From: Candidatus Kaiserbacteria bacterium | GTDB lineage: Bacteria > Patescibacteriota > Minisyncoccia > Phycocordibacterales > Phycocordibacteraceae | Direction: 5' to 3' | Assembly (NCBI GenBank): GCA_026396675.1 | Contig: JAPLWI010000013.1 | Coordinates: 1,218 to 65,217, forward strand | DNA length: 64,000 nt | In this document: piece by piece, positions 28,679 to 38,537 of the stretch | How positions within the stretch are numbered: the stretch's first letter is position 1 | Layout of the letters: every line of letters starts with the position of its first letter | Program-made: the position numbers and the translations under genes | Notes under the pieces: model-generated | Told to the model about the DNA's origin: nothing | What the model saw: the letters and a program-made list of their open reading frames with translations, nothing else | Database searches by the model: none

Positions 28679-30156
28679 GATTCAACAGGAATAAAAGAAA
28701 TAAGTTCGTCGCCATGAGCTGCATCACCGCGCGTTTCAATTTCAATACCAAATTCACCATCGGTTTTTATCTCTTTTACATTTGAACGTGCCTGTTGAAG
28801 GTTCAATATCTTTCCTCGCGCAATTTCTGTATCGCGTCGCACTATTTTTATGTGATTACCAACAGTAAAAATTCCGGATACAGAGCGTACACCAAGCACT
28901 TGTTTTTTTGCACTGGAAGAAAATATCTTCAGCACAGTCGCTCGTCCTAATTCCTTCTCAATTGTAATCGCTGGTACACGCGCTTCCAGGAGTTCGGCTA
29001 CTTTTTCTGAAAGTTCATAGATGATTGAAAAGGGAAGGATAACAACCGCATCGCGTTCAGCGAGCTCATTAGCGATTGTGTCTGTTCCCACATGGAACGC
29101 GATAATGACACCGCCAGAAGCATGAGCGACCTTCACATCGTTTTCAGAAACACTGCCAACTCCGGAAGCAACGACGCGGACCACACCGCGCTCGTGGGTA
29201 ATTTTTGTCAGTTCGTGGAGAATCGCGTCAATTGAACCGGCGACATCTGCTTTCACTACAATAGGCAATTCGGTAATTCCTTCTGTCGCTGCACCGCGTT
29301 CATTTGTCGTTGTAAATTCTTTCGCTCCGCCAGCTGGCGGATGTTTCGCGAGAGCTTCCGCTCCTTTTTTATTTTCCACGATGCTGAAAAGTGATCCGGA
29401 AGGCGGCAAGGTGTTGAACCCTGAAATGCGTGCCGGTTCCGAAGGACCTACTTCTTCAACTCGTTTACCGAGAAAGTTTTCAATAAAACGGATAGGCGCG
29501 TATGCGTTGCCGGCCACAACAAAACCATCCTTCGTGAGAGTGCCATCTTTTATAATCAGCGTCGCCGAGCTTCCGCGTTTCGGGTCCTGCATTGATTCTA
29601 GTACGAACCCCTCGGCTGACGCCTCGGGATCGGCGGTGATTTCTAAGAGGTCTGTCGCGAGAAGCACGAGATCAAGAAGTTCCGGTATTCCTTCGCCGGT
29701 TTTTGACGAGATCTGTGTGTATGCAACATCGCCACCGATTCCTTCAAGAAATATTTCATGTTCAAGAAGCGAGGTCTTCGTATGTTCAATGTCTGCATTA
29801 TTTTTATCAATTTTCGTGATGGCGACAATAAAGGGAATTCCCGCATCTTTAATCGCGGCGAGTGCGTCTAGCGTTTGTGGCATCACACCTTCATCTGCCG
29901 CGACGACAAGAATCGCGATATCAGCGGCGGCTGCACCGCGCGCGCGAATTGATTTAAAGGCCTCGTGACCTGGGGTATCAAGAAAAGTAATTGGTCGACC
30001 ATTGTGGAGTGCAATGTAGGCGGAGACATGTTGCGTAATGCCACCTGCCTCGCCAGCAACAACATTCGCTTTTCGAATGTAGTCCAAGAGCGACGATTTG
30101 CCGTGGTCTATATGACCCATCACCGCGATGATGGGCGGTCGTGCGATTCTCGCCAT
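28675..30156 (-). CDS. infB: Translation initiation factor IF-2, lacking N-terminal domains (493 aa)
   Basis: GHIDHGKSSLLD (G1), DTPGHEAF (G3), NKID (G4). The protein begins directly at the G domain. Confidence 0.9.
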   Translation of the reverse strand: MARIARPPIIAVMGHIDHGKSSLLDYIRKANVVAGEAGGITQHVSAYIALHNGRPITFLDTPGHEAFKSIRARGAAAADIAILVVAADEGVMPQTLDALAAIKDAGIPFIVAITKIDKNNADIEHTKTSLLEHEIFLEGIGGDVAYTQISSKTGEGIPELLDLVLLATDLLEITADPEASAEGFVLESMQDPKRGSSATLIIKDGTLTKDGFVVAGNAYAPIRFIENFLGKRVEEVGPSEPARISGFNTLPPSGSLFSIVENKKGAEALAKHPPAGGAKEFTTTNERGAATEGITELPIVVKADVAGSIDAILHELTKITHERGVVRVVASGVGSVSENDVKVAHASGGVIIAFHVGTDTIANELAERDAVVILPFSIIYELSEKVAELLEARVPAITIEKELGRATVLKIFSSSAKKQVLGVRSVSGIFTVGNHIKIVRRDTEIARGKILNLQQARSNVKEIKTDGEFGIEIETRGDAAHGDELISFIPVES

Positions 30157-30217
30157 AATGTGGTTATTTCATCACAAAAACTGCTCAATTGCAATCGTAC
30201 TCAAAAAATAAAAACAC

Positions 30218-30250
30218 CCACTGAGGAGTGAATCTTATCCTCAGTGGGCA
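30218..30250 (-). terminator. Rho-independent terminator downstream of ldh (minus strand)
   Basis: CCCACTGAGGA...TCCTCAGTGGG hairpin followed on the minus strand by TGTTTTTATTTTTTG. Confidence 0.65.
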
Positions 30251-30338
30251 GTGCGTTCCCACCACAACAGTGGGCTACTCTTGGTATCATAAATCTTTTC
30301 ATATTCTCACCTCCTTTCTGTTTAATAGAATATCACAA

Positions 30339-31256
30339 TTACGACAAATAACCCTTTAATATTTCCGCTGACTTTTGAAGTTTTTCTATTTCAGAAGGTT
30401 CCAATTCAATATTCCATAATTCTTTAACTCCGCTTCTGTTTATGACCGACGGTACGCCCATGCAAATATCATTGACGCCGTTCCAATTATCTACCAGTGT
30501 GGATACGGCAATAATTTTATTTTCATCAAGCAATATCGTTTGGACCAAATCAGCGACCACCGACGCTATGCCGTAGAAAGTCGCGCCTTTTTTAGAAATG
30601 ATGTTGTAGGCCTCTTGTTTTACATCGTTTTCTATCTTTTCAAATATTGCTGGGTCTGTGACTACTTTTTTGATATCAGAACCGCCGACCTTCACCGTGC
30701 TCCACGCGATGAAACCACTGTCGCCATGCTCTCCGAGAACGAAGCCCTCTACATCCGAAGCGTTTACATTCAGCATTTCACTCAATTCACTTTTTAGCCG
30801 CGCCGTATCGAGGCCAGTGCCTGTTCCGAGTACTTGGTTTTTTGCCAATCCAGAAACCTCTTGTGCGAGAAAAGTCATCACGTCGACAGGGTTCGTTACC
30901 ATTATTATAATCGCCGATTCTTTTATCTGAGTTATTTGGGCGAAGATGGATTGGACGATGTCTTTATTCTTTTTTGTAAGATCAAGTCGCGTTTCTCCTG
31001 ATTTTTGGGGGAGGCCGGCCGTGATTATGATGATATCGGCATCCGACGCATCTTTAAAATCACCTCTCTTTATCTCTCCGGTCTCAACGAAAGGCAGTGC
31101 GTCATGCATATCCATCACTTCTCCTTCTTCGCGCGTCTCGTTTACGTCTATCAAAACGATTTCGGAAGCGAGGTTCTTTAAGAGAAGGGTATAGGCAACC
31201 GTTGATCCGACCGAACCAGCTCCGATAACGGCTATTTTTTCAGCATGCGTATTCAT
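30339..31256 (-). CDS. L-lactate/malate dehydrogenase
   Basis: IAVIGAGSVGSTVAY Rossmann motif, ITAGLPQKSGETRLDL, catalytic His region GEHGDS. Confidence 0.85.
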   Translation of the reverse strand: MNTHAEKIAVIGAGSVGSTVAYTLLLKNLASEIVLIDVNETREEGEVMDMHDALPFVETGEIKRGDFKDASDADIIIITAGLPQKSGETRLDLTKKNKDIVQSIFAQITQIKESAIIIMVTNPVDVMTFLAQEVSGLAKNQVLGTGTGLDTARLKSELSEMLNVNASDVEGFVLGEHGDSGFIAWSTVKVGGSDIKKVVTDPAIFEKIENDVKQEAYNIISKKGATFYGIASVVADLVQTILLDENKIIAVSTLVDNWNGVNDICMGVPSVINRSGVKELWNIELEPSEIEKLQKSAEILKGYLS

Positions 31257-31265
31257 GTAGGTATT

Positions 31266-32567
31266 TTACACGGTTTCAGCTTCGCGTTCGATGGCGAGCA
31301 GACGTTCATATTTCACTATACGTTCACGCTGGCCGAATCCGCCGGCTTTAAGGCCGTGGGCGCCGATGCCGTAGGCGAAGTCCGCGATGAAAGTGTCCAT
31401 CGTCTCTCCCGAGCGATGCGAAGCGACGGCCTTAAAGCCGGCGGTATAAGTCGCTTGCACCGCTTCAAGCGCTTCTTTCACAGTACCGATTTGATTCGGT
31501 TTTATGAGCACCGCATTTATTTCTTTATTTTTTGCTGCGTCTTTAATGCGCGCCGGGCTTGTAACCGTGAGATCGTCGCCGATAATGAGAATGTTGTTGT
31601 CGAGAGATGCGGTTAGTCGTGCAAAATCATCGCCGGCATTTTCAGTAAACGGATCTTCAATACTATGAATGGGGAATTGCGAAGCGAGGCCTTGATACAC
31701 ATTTGTAAGCTCGTCGGGCGAGTATGATTTTCCGAGCAATTCGTATGCGCCGTTTTTGAATAATTCACTCGCGGCGGCATCAATCGCAATCTTTACATTC
31801 GGGAATTCTTTTATGAGTTCGGTAAGAATTTCAAACGGTTGTTCAAGCGTCTCAAATATCGGTGCATAGCCGCCTTCGTCGCCCATCGGCGTGCCGTCTC
31901 CAAGTCGCTCTCCAAGCTTTGCGAATAATTCTTGTGCGATAGGAAAGGCAGCGCTTGTTTTTCCTTCAACAACCAAAAGATATTCTTGAAAAGGAAGTTT
32001 GAAATCAGCGTGCCCAGACACCAAATTTGGCATTGTCCCTTCGGGACGCGCTTCGCGCGATGCCAAAATTGGTGTATGGGCGTGTGCGCCGCCATTCATA
32101 ACGTTGACGAATAATCGCGGTGCAGACGACGTCGTTCCCGCGCGCTTCGCGATAGATTTCCAGGGCGGAATATCTTCAAGCATCGCGGAAAGCCGCATCG
32201 CGGCGATAGAGACCGAGAGAATTGCGTTGGCGCCAAGCCGTGACTTATCAGGCGTACCGTCAAGATTGATAAGAAATGAATCAAGTTCATCAAGCGAATT
32301 GAAATCGTGGTCTATAAGTGCATTCGCAATCTCGCCATTTACATTTTCGATTGCGCGCGCAACACTGCCGTCAGAGTCGCGCAATTCGCACGCTTCATAC
32401 GAGCCCGTACTTTTACCCGATGGTACAGATGCCGTAGCGCGCAACAAGGTTCGACCTTGAGGATTCGGATTTAAGGTCGAACCTTGTTGCGCGTCGAGTG
32501 TCGTTTCTACCGTCGGTTTCCCGCGTGTGTCCAGAATTGATCGTGCCTCTATGTGGTCAATGCGCAT
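31266..32567 (-). CDS. eno: Enolase
   Basis: ARSILDTRGKPTVE, SHRSGETMDTFIADFAYG, GANAILSVS. Start at the internal Met (MRIDHIEA). Confidence 0.9.
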   Translation of the reverse strand: MRIDHIEARSILDTRGKPTVETTLDAQQGSTLNPNPQGRTLLRATASVPSGKSTGSYEACELRDSDGSVARAIENVNGEIANALIDHDFNSLDELDSFLINLDGTPDKSRLGANAILSVSIAAMRLSAMLEDIPPWKSIAKRAGTTSSAPRLFVNVMNGGAHAHTPILASREARPEGTMPNLVSGHADFKLPFQEYLLVVEGKTSAAFPIAQELFAKLGERLGDGTPMGDEGGYAPIFETLEQPFEILTELIKEFPNVKIAIDAAASELFKNGAYELLGKSYSPDELTNVYQGLASQFPIHSIEDPFTENAGDDFARLTASLDNNILIIGDDLTVTSPARIKDAAKNKEINAVLIKPNQIGTVKEALEAVQATYTAGFKAVASHRSGETMDTFIADFAYGIGAHGLKAGGFGQRERIVKYERLLAIEREAETV

Positions 32568-32571
32568 ATTT

Positions 32572-34959
32572 CTATTTGCCGAGCCTTTCCTCAACCTCGG
32601 CGATATTTTCGAGCGTTTTCACTACCGAATCAGGATTGAGCGACATGCTCGGAATACCTTCCTTGACGAGAAATTCTGCGAAATCAGGAAGATCAGAAGG
32701 TCCTTGTCCGCAAATACCAAGATATTTTCCGCGCGCCGTGCACTTCCGAATAATCATACTAATCAGCGCACGCACTGACTCGTCATTTTCATTTCCGATA
32801 TGCGTTACGATACCGGAATCACGATCAAGCCCGAGTGTGAGTTGTGTGAGGTCATTACTCCCGATAGACATACCGTCAAAGAGATCCAAAAATTCTTCGG
32901 CGAGAATAACGTTGGACGGTATTTCACACATCATGTAAATCGGTTTTTTGATGCCGTTCTTTTTCATAATGCCGAGCACCTGTTCCGCTTCTGCCACTGT
33001 GCGACAGAAAGGAACCATAGGGATAACATTATTTAGTCCCATTTCTTCCCTGACTTTTACGAGTGCGCGGCATTCAAGCACAAAAGCATCTTTAAACTTT
33101 GGATCGTAATATCGAGACGCGCCTCGCCACCCAATCATCGGATTTTCTTCTTTTGGCTCGTATGCCTCGCCACCGAGCAGTGTCGCATACTCATTTGTCT
33201 TGAAGTCGGAAAAGCGCACAATCACAGGTCGCGGTGCAAATGCTGCAGCAATCTTCGCGATGCCGTAGGCAAGATTATCAATATAGAAGTCAACAGGATT
33301 ATTCCATCCTGTAATTTTTTTCTGGATAGCAGTGCGCAGTTTCGGCGCAAGTTTTTTGAAATGGAGAATCGCGAGCGGATGAATGCCGATGGCAGACGCG
33401 ATGATAAACTCCTCACGTGCGAGCCCGACGCCTTTTACTGGCAGAAATGAATTTTCAAAGGCGATGTCAGGCGAGGCGATATTCACCATAATTTTCGTCT
33501 TGGTCTTCGGTAGGGTACCGATGTCGTGTTCTCGCGTAGTTATTTTCGCTTTACCTGCCGTAATGATGCCGACACTTCCCGTCGTGTCCACAGTGACGAC
33601 CGTTCCCGTTTTTAATACCTTTGTCGCATTGCCAGTTCCGACAACCGCCGGCAGTCCGAATTCGCGCGAGACAATAGCTGCATGGCTCGTGCGCCCTCCG
33701 TGATCTGTAATGATTGCGGACGCCATTTTCATAATCTGTTCCCAATCGGGATCGGTCATTGTCGTCACCAATATTTCGCCCTCTTTAAATTCTTTTATCT
33801 GCTTTGGGCTCATGATTATGCGTGTTGTCCCTGTTGTAACCTTCGAGCCGACCGATATTCCCTGTACAAGCGTCTTCCCTTGACCTGTCACTTTATATTC
33901 AACGAGCTTCGAGAAGTCGCGTACGGCCTGCACCGTCTCGGGCCGCGCCTGCACGATGTAGAGTTCATTCGTCTTACCGTCGCGCGCCCATTCCATATCC
34001 ATCGGCATCCACGCCTTCGCTCGTTCGGAATAATGCTTTTCAATAAGCGCGCCCCAGCGTGCGAGCTCCACAACTTCTTCTTCAGAAAGGACGAAACGAT
34101 TTTGTTCTGTTGTGCTCGTTTTTACCACCTTGGTTTGTATGACGCCCATTTTCCCATGTGCATAGAGCATTTTCTTATTCTTCACGCCGAGTGTTTTGCT
34201 GATAATCGGATTTTTCGCTGTGCCGATTTTTGATTTCATCACGAGATGTTCATCGGGAGTCACATGACCTTGTACAATCATTTCGCCAAGACCCCACACG
34301 GAATTAATAATTACCAAATCGCGGAATCCGCTTTCAGTATCAACGGTAAACATAATGCCCGATGCACCGAGGTCGCTACGCACCATTTTCTGCACGCCGA
34401 CCGAAAGGGCAACCTTCGTGTGGGCGAATCCTTTATCGGTACGATATGAGATAGCGCGGTCGGTGAAGAGTGATGCCATTGCCCACGTCACTGCTCGAGA
34501 GACATCCCTTGTTCCGCGAATATTCAAATAGGTCTCGTGCTCACCGGCAAAAGAGGCGCCGGCGAGATCTTCGGTGGTCGCGCTCGAACGCACGGCGACA
34601 TCGACATTCTTTCCATACTGCTTCTCCATCTGTGCATATGCTCTCGCAATTTCTTTTCCCAAATCGGCTGGAAACGCGGCGGTGCGGATGGCATCGCGTA
34701 TTAATTTCGCGCGGCGCGAGAGCTCTGGTAAGTTTTTCGTATTCAATCCATCAAGCGTTTTAGAAATAAACGAATCAAGGCCGGTTTGTTTTAAAAAGTA
34801 GTAATAAGCTGCGGCAGTGACACAAAACCCATCGGGTACGCGCACTCCCTGCGGCACCACAGAACGAATCATCTCCCCGAGCGATGCATTCTTTCCGCCG
34901 ACCTGCGGGACATCATCCATACCGATGTCGTGCATCCAAAGAATGTAAGGGGAAGTCAT
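32572..34959 (-). CDS. ppsA: Phosphoenolpyruvate synthase (pyruvate, water dikinase)
   Basis: VGGKNASLGEM N-terminus, phosphohistidine region GGRTSHAAIVSREFGLPAVVG, C-terminal PEP-utilising domain. Confidence 0.85.
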   Translation of the reverse strand: MTSPYILWMHDIGMDDVPQVGGKNASLGEMIRSVVPQGVRVPDGFCVTAAAYYYFLKQTGLDSFISKTLDGLNTKNLPELSRRAKLIRDAIRTAAFPADLGKEIARAYAQMEKQYGKNVDVAVRSSATTEDLAGASFAGEHETYLNIRGTRDVSRAVTWAMASLFTDRAISYRTDKGFAHTKVALSVGVQKMVRSDLGASGIMFTVDTESGFRDLVIINSVWGLGEMIVQGHVTPDEHLVMKSKIGTAKNPIISKTLGVKNKKMLYAHGKMGVIQTKVVKTSTTEQNRFVLSEEEVVELARWGALIEKHYSERAKAWMPMDMEWARDGKTNELYIVQARPETVQAVRDFSKLVEYKVTGQGKTLVQGISVGSKVTTGTTRIIMSPKQIKEFKEGEILVTTMTDPDWEQIMKMASAIITDHGGRTSHAAIVSREFGLPAVVGTGNATKVLKTGTVVTVDTTGSVGIITAGKAKITTREHDIGTLPKTKTKIMVNIASPDIAFENSFLPVKGVGLAREEFIIASAIGIHPLAILHFKKLAPKLRTAIQKKITGWNNPVDFYIDNLAYGIAKIAAAFAPRPVIVRFSDFKTNEYATLLGGEAYEPKEENPMIGWRGASRYYDPKFKDAFVLECRALVKVREEMGLNNVIPMVPFCRTVAEAEQVLGIMKKNGIKKPIYMMCEIPSNVILAEEFLDLFDGMSIGSNDLTQLTLGLDRDSGIVTHIGNENDESVRALISMIIRKCTARGKYLGICGQGPSDLPDFAEFLVKEGIPSMSLNPDSVVKTLENIAEVEERLGK

Positions 34960-34967
34960 AAATAAAA

Positions 34968-36290
34968 TTATTTTTTAAGCGCAATAATAAGATCAGACAC
35001 GTTGGATCCAGTATAACCTGTTATGAGTGCATCGCCGGTTTTAGAGAAAAAATCATACGAACGGTGCGCATCAAGATATTCTTTTACCGAAAGTTTGTGT
35101 ATATCGGCATGAGCGCGCGAGACGATATCTCCAATTGCTCCCGCATGATCAGTATTGTCGTGTCCGTCAGAGGCGAATGGCAAAATAAGTTCATCGTCGC
35201 GAATGTCTGAAAGGGTAGCGAGTGCCATTTCCTGATTCCTTCCACCAATTCCTTGGCTTTCGTTAAGTGTGACAGTGCTTTCGCCAGCGTAAAGCAAAGC
35301 AGTTTTCGGTTGCGCATCATGAAGCTTTTCAATAATGTTGCGACCAACATCACGCGCTTCGCCAGAAAAATGGTCATCCGTAATTTCTGCCTGATAGCCA
35401 CGTTTCGCCGCTTCATTCTGCATAGCGACGAGCGCGTCAGAGCTTGATAGAAAAAGAATATTGGTGACACGTTCAAAATAAGTTACCTCTTTTGGGGTTT
35501 CAATAAGTGAAATATTTTCTGCAGAAGCGATGTCGTATTTCTTAAGAATTTCTTTCGCGTCGGCGACAGTTGAATTGTCTAATATGGTCGGACCGGAAGA
35601 AATAAACTCAATGTCATTTCCCGGGACATCAGAAATGATTAATGAAATAACTTCGGCTGGGTATGCGGCGCGCGCAAGGCCGCCGCCGCGCGCGCTGGAA
35701 ATGTGTTTCCGCACGATATTCATGTCTTGTATCGGCGCGCCACGCGAAGTCAGTTCTTTAAATAAGGCGCTTTCACCCAGCACCAAATCAGATTTGGTAC
35801 TGGGCTCATCCGCGTATGTCATCGGTGATTCTGGAAGACAGAGTAGGGTAGAGCCGCCGCCTGAAATAACCATAATGACCAAATCGTCTTCGCGGCGGTC
35901 TGAAAGAAATTCAATAATGCGTTTTGTCGCTTCTACATTTTTCTCACTCGGCAATGGATGTGAACCGATGATCGCCTCGATTTTTTTCAATTTCTGTTCA
36001 TGAGATGAGACATCAAGCGCAATGCCGCCCGCGAGAGAGTCGCCAAAGATTTTTTCAATTTCTTCTGCCGCAACAAGAGCGCACTTGCCGACACCGACGA
36101 AAAACACTCGTCGTCCCGCAAGGCGACACCTTGCTGGATCTAATATAAGCTCATCGTTTTCGATACGGAGTTTGTTTCGCAATGCATTGCCAACATTGAT
36201 TGCCTCATATCCCGCTTCGGCTATCGCGAGCGCGTCGCGACGCAAACTATTTTCCGCAAGCGTGTCAAAGTTCTGTATGACTCGTCCCAT
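34968..36290 (-). CDS. Glycerate kinase (MOFRL family)
   Basis: MOFRL-family architecture: VISGGGSTLL, GIGGRNQEMALA, C-terminal GDALITGYTGSNVSD. Confidence 0.75.
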   Translation of the reverse strand: MGRVIQNFDTLAENSLRRDALAIAEAGYEAINVGNALRNKLRIENDELILDPARCRLAGRRVFFVGVGKCALVAAEEIEKIFGDSLAGGIALDVSSHEQKLKKIEAIIGSHPLPSEKNVEATKRIIEFLSDRREDDLVIMVISGGGSTLLCLPESPMTYADEPSTKSDLVLGESALFKELTSRGAPIQDMNIVRKHISSARGGGLARAAYPAEVISLIISDVPGNDIEFISSGPTILDNSTVADAKEILKKYDIASAENISLIETPKEVTYFERVTNILFLSSSDALVAMQNEAAKRGYQAEITDDHFSGEARDVGRNIIEKLHDAQPKTALLYAGESTVTLNESQGIGGRNQEMALATLSDIRDDELILPFASDGHDNTDHAGAIGDIVSRAHADIHKLSVKEYLDAHRSYDFFSKTGDALITGYTGSNVSDLIIALKK

Positions 36291-36351
36291 GCGTGTCAGT
36301 ATAACAAAGAGATTGTCTGATAGGGGTGCGTTTGGTACTGTTTCTGTATTC

Positions 36352-36426
36352 GCCGGTGTAGTTCAAGAGTTAGAACGAGGGACTCATAAACCCTAGACGG
36401 TGGCGCGACTCCACCCGCCGGCACCA
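36352..36426 (+). tRNA. tRNA-Met-like (anticodon CAT), non-canonical T-loop CGCGACT, CCA encoded
   Basis: Acceptor GCCGGTG/CGCCGGC, D-arm GTTC-AAGAGTTA-GAAC, anticodon loop CTCATAA with GGG/CCC stem and A.A closing pair, T-stem GGTGG/CCACC. Confidence 0.5.
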
Positions 36427-36489
36427 AGACATTTTTAGGAAATTTTGGTAGGATTAATGTACGTCAGAGAAAGAAACTTGACAAATAAT

Positions 36490-36563
36490 GCGGCTGTAGC
36501 TCAACGGTAGAGCGCCACCCTGTCACGGTGGAGGTCGTGGGCCCAACACCCATCAGCCGCGCA
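36490..36563 (+). tRNA. tRNA-Asp (anticodon GTC), non-canonical T-loop CCCAACA
   Basis: Acceptor GCGGCTG/CAGCCGC, D-arm GCTC-AACGGTA-GAGC, anticodon stem CCACC/GGTGG with loop CTGTCAC. Confidence 0.6.
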
Positions 36564-36666
36564 ACACTTGCATTTTTTGGAGAGGTGTGCTATAGTCAAA
36601 ACAGGCGGTATTTGGGTAGCCAAATGCCTTAGTTCTTTCCGCCAAATAAAATAAAGGAGGTGCCAG

Positions 36667-37257
36667 ATGGCGCTCAACACAACGAATCACCCGATTCGCT
36701 GGAAAGAGCGAATCGGCATCATTGCAACAGGACATGCAGCGAAATTGACCGAGAGCTTGCTCTTCGATCATTTCCTGTATGGTGTGGTCGTCAATTATCT
36801 GACGATCACATACGGGTGGATGTGGGGAGCAGTCGCTTCTTTCTTGGTGATGTCTCCCATATCCGCCCTCGAATGTCGTGGTCTTATCCTTTTGTATGAC
36901 TGGGCAAAGAAAGATTTCTTCGGCTTCGAGAAAGCGAAGGAATTCTGCGACGAACTCTCGAAAGGTGGAAAGTGGAAGAGATTTCTCAATTCACTTATCC
37001 GCTTGAGTGATGTTCTAGCATTCTTTATTCTCTCAACGATATATCCAGGAGCCGATCCATTTTTGGCAACTATATATCTACGAAAGGGAGCAGAGGAGTA
37101 CAACGGAATGACGAAGCGGGACTGGAAGATCTTCTGGGCAGCGGTTGTTGTAGCGAATGGCTACTGGACACTACGATGGACAGTGTTCGTGGCACTCTTC
37201 TGGATTTTTTTATGGCCAGTGCTTATCAAACCTATGGTTCACTGGCTAGGTTTCTAA
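36667..37257 (+). CDS. Hypothetical polytopic membrane protein
   Basis: ORF with about 5 hydrophobic segments. Confidence 0.45.
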   Translation: MALNTTNHPIRWKERIGIIATGHAAKLTESLLFDHFLYGVVVNYLTITYGWMWGAVASFLVMSPISALECRGLILLYDWAKKDFFGFEKAKEFCDELSKGGKWKRFLNSLIRLSDVLAFFILSTIYPGADPFLATIYLRKGAEEYNGMTKRDWKIFWAAVVVANGYWTLRWTVFVALFWIFLWPVLIKPMVHWLGF

Positions 37258-37323
37258 CCCGGCGGCTTTGCACACGCATTGCCGCCGGTTTTTCTTTTTG
37301 CACTTGCGTGGTATAAGTAAAGT

Positions 37324-37698
37324 ATGGATGTAGAAACAAAACAACCGATTCCTTGGATTCTCTGGATCTTGCTTGCCTCGGTGCTCATTATCCTCGGGCA
37401 GAGTATGTACAAAAACTATATTGCGAAGAACTACCCATTTTTTATAGAAGCGTCGTGTGACACAGCGACGAATGAATGTTATGTGCGCAGTTGTGATGTC
37501 GACGGGGACTGCCCGCCGGACAATCTCACCGTATACCGCGTTTTCCAACTTCCTGCCTTTGAATTTAAAAATTGTTCTGATAATTCTTGTTTGAATATTT
37601 GTCCATCCGAGGCACATTCTTGTGAAGAAATAATGTGCTCAACCCAGAGCGACATTTCGTGCGATGGACCAATAGAAGGAACAGCAACTAGTTTATGA
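37324..37698 (+). CDS. Small membrane-anchored Cys-rich extracellular protein
   Basis: N-terminal TM, 12 Cys in about 90 residues. Confidence 0.45.
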   Translation: MDVETKQPIPWILWILLASVLIILGQSMYKNYIAKNYPFFIEASCDTATNECYVRSCDVDGDCPPDNLTVYRVFQLPAFEFKNCSDNSCLNICPSEAHSCEEIMCSTQSDISCDGPIEGTATSL

Positions 37699-38537
37699 CC
37701 AAAGCAAAAGAGTCGGTGCATATTCCGCGTCTTGTACGCCGTTCTATGAATGGTGTGATGCAATTTGACGCGTTCAGTAATCTGTATACAGAACCGCGTA
37801 TCGCGCTCTGGGAATTGAATCAGCGAAGAAAGGATAACGCGCTTAAAAAGGCGGTGCGAGAGAATCTCGGTTCATCTGCGGAAAATTTTCTCAAGAAGTT
37901 TAACCAGCCGCGTGCAGTACTCTTCCGTCAAGTCGCGACTCCAACACACGAAATCATCCGTTTTCTTAAAATCGCCAATAAAATGAATCTTAAACCGCTC
38001 ATTCTCGAGTATCATGATGACAAATTCGTGAGCGCCGAGAATCGCTTTAAGCGATCGCTTGGCAAGATGCCGATTTACCAATACACCGGTTCGGATGGAC
38101 GGGAAATGGTGGAATACGAAACAATATGCAATTTTAATACCTCAACCGGTAAAAAATTTAAGAATATAATCTGTCTTAATGGTGAAAAATTGATTCCTTT
38201 TCATCATCGCTTATTTAGAACGCTTACAGGATTAAATCCAAAAACATATACGGTTGACGGTTCTGACTGGTTCTCGTCGGCGGGGAAGAAAGCAGAATTG
38301 TATTATGAGCAATTCCTCTCATTCTTCATACGAGATGGCATCTTATTTGAGAATTTTATGCCGTTCCGATCAGAAGGCGCTTTTACAAAGACCATAATTT
38401 CACCTGCGTTTGAAAATCTTGAAAAAAAGTACGGAGTAAAACCGCTCATTGTGCGCCTCGCTCCCGAAAAAGAAGAAATGCGTCAATTCTGGGACGCGTA
38501 TCCTAAAAAGATTAAAAAGCATTTGAAGATTGTTTGA
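37695..38537 (+). CDS. Hypothetical protein
   Basis: 280-aa ORF with consistent codon usage and no recognised motif. Confidence 0.45.
   Translation: MTKAKESVHIPRLVRRSMNGVMQFDAFSNLYTEPRIALWELNQRRKDNALKKAVRENLGSSAENFLKKFNQPRAVLFRQVATPTHEIIRFLKIANKMNLKPLILEYHDDKFVSAENRFKRSLGKMPIYQYTGSDGREMVEYETICNFNTSTGKKFKNIICLNGEKLIPFHHRLFRTLTGLNPKTYTVDGSDWFSSAGKKAELYYEQFLSFFIRDGILFENFMPFRSEGAFTKTIISPAFENLEKKYGVKPLIVRLAPEKEEMRQFWDAYPKKIKKHLKIV

Noticed and set aside
36022-36396. 124-aa plus-strand ORF
   Set aside because: It is antisense to glycerate kinase and overlaps the tRNA-Met-like gene. It is Ser/Arg-rich with no motifs.
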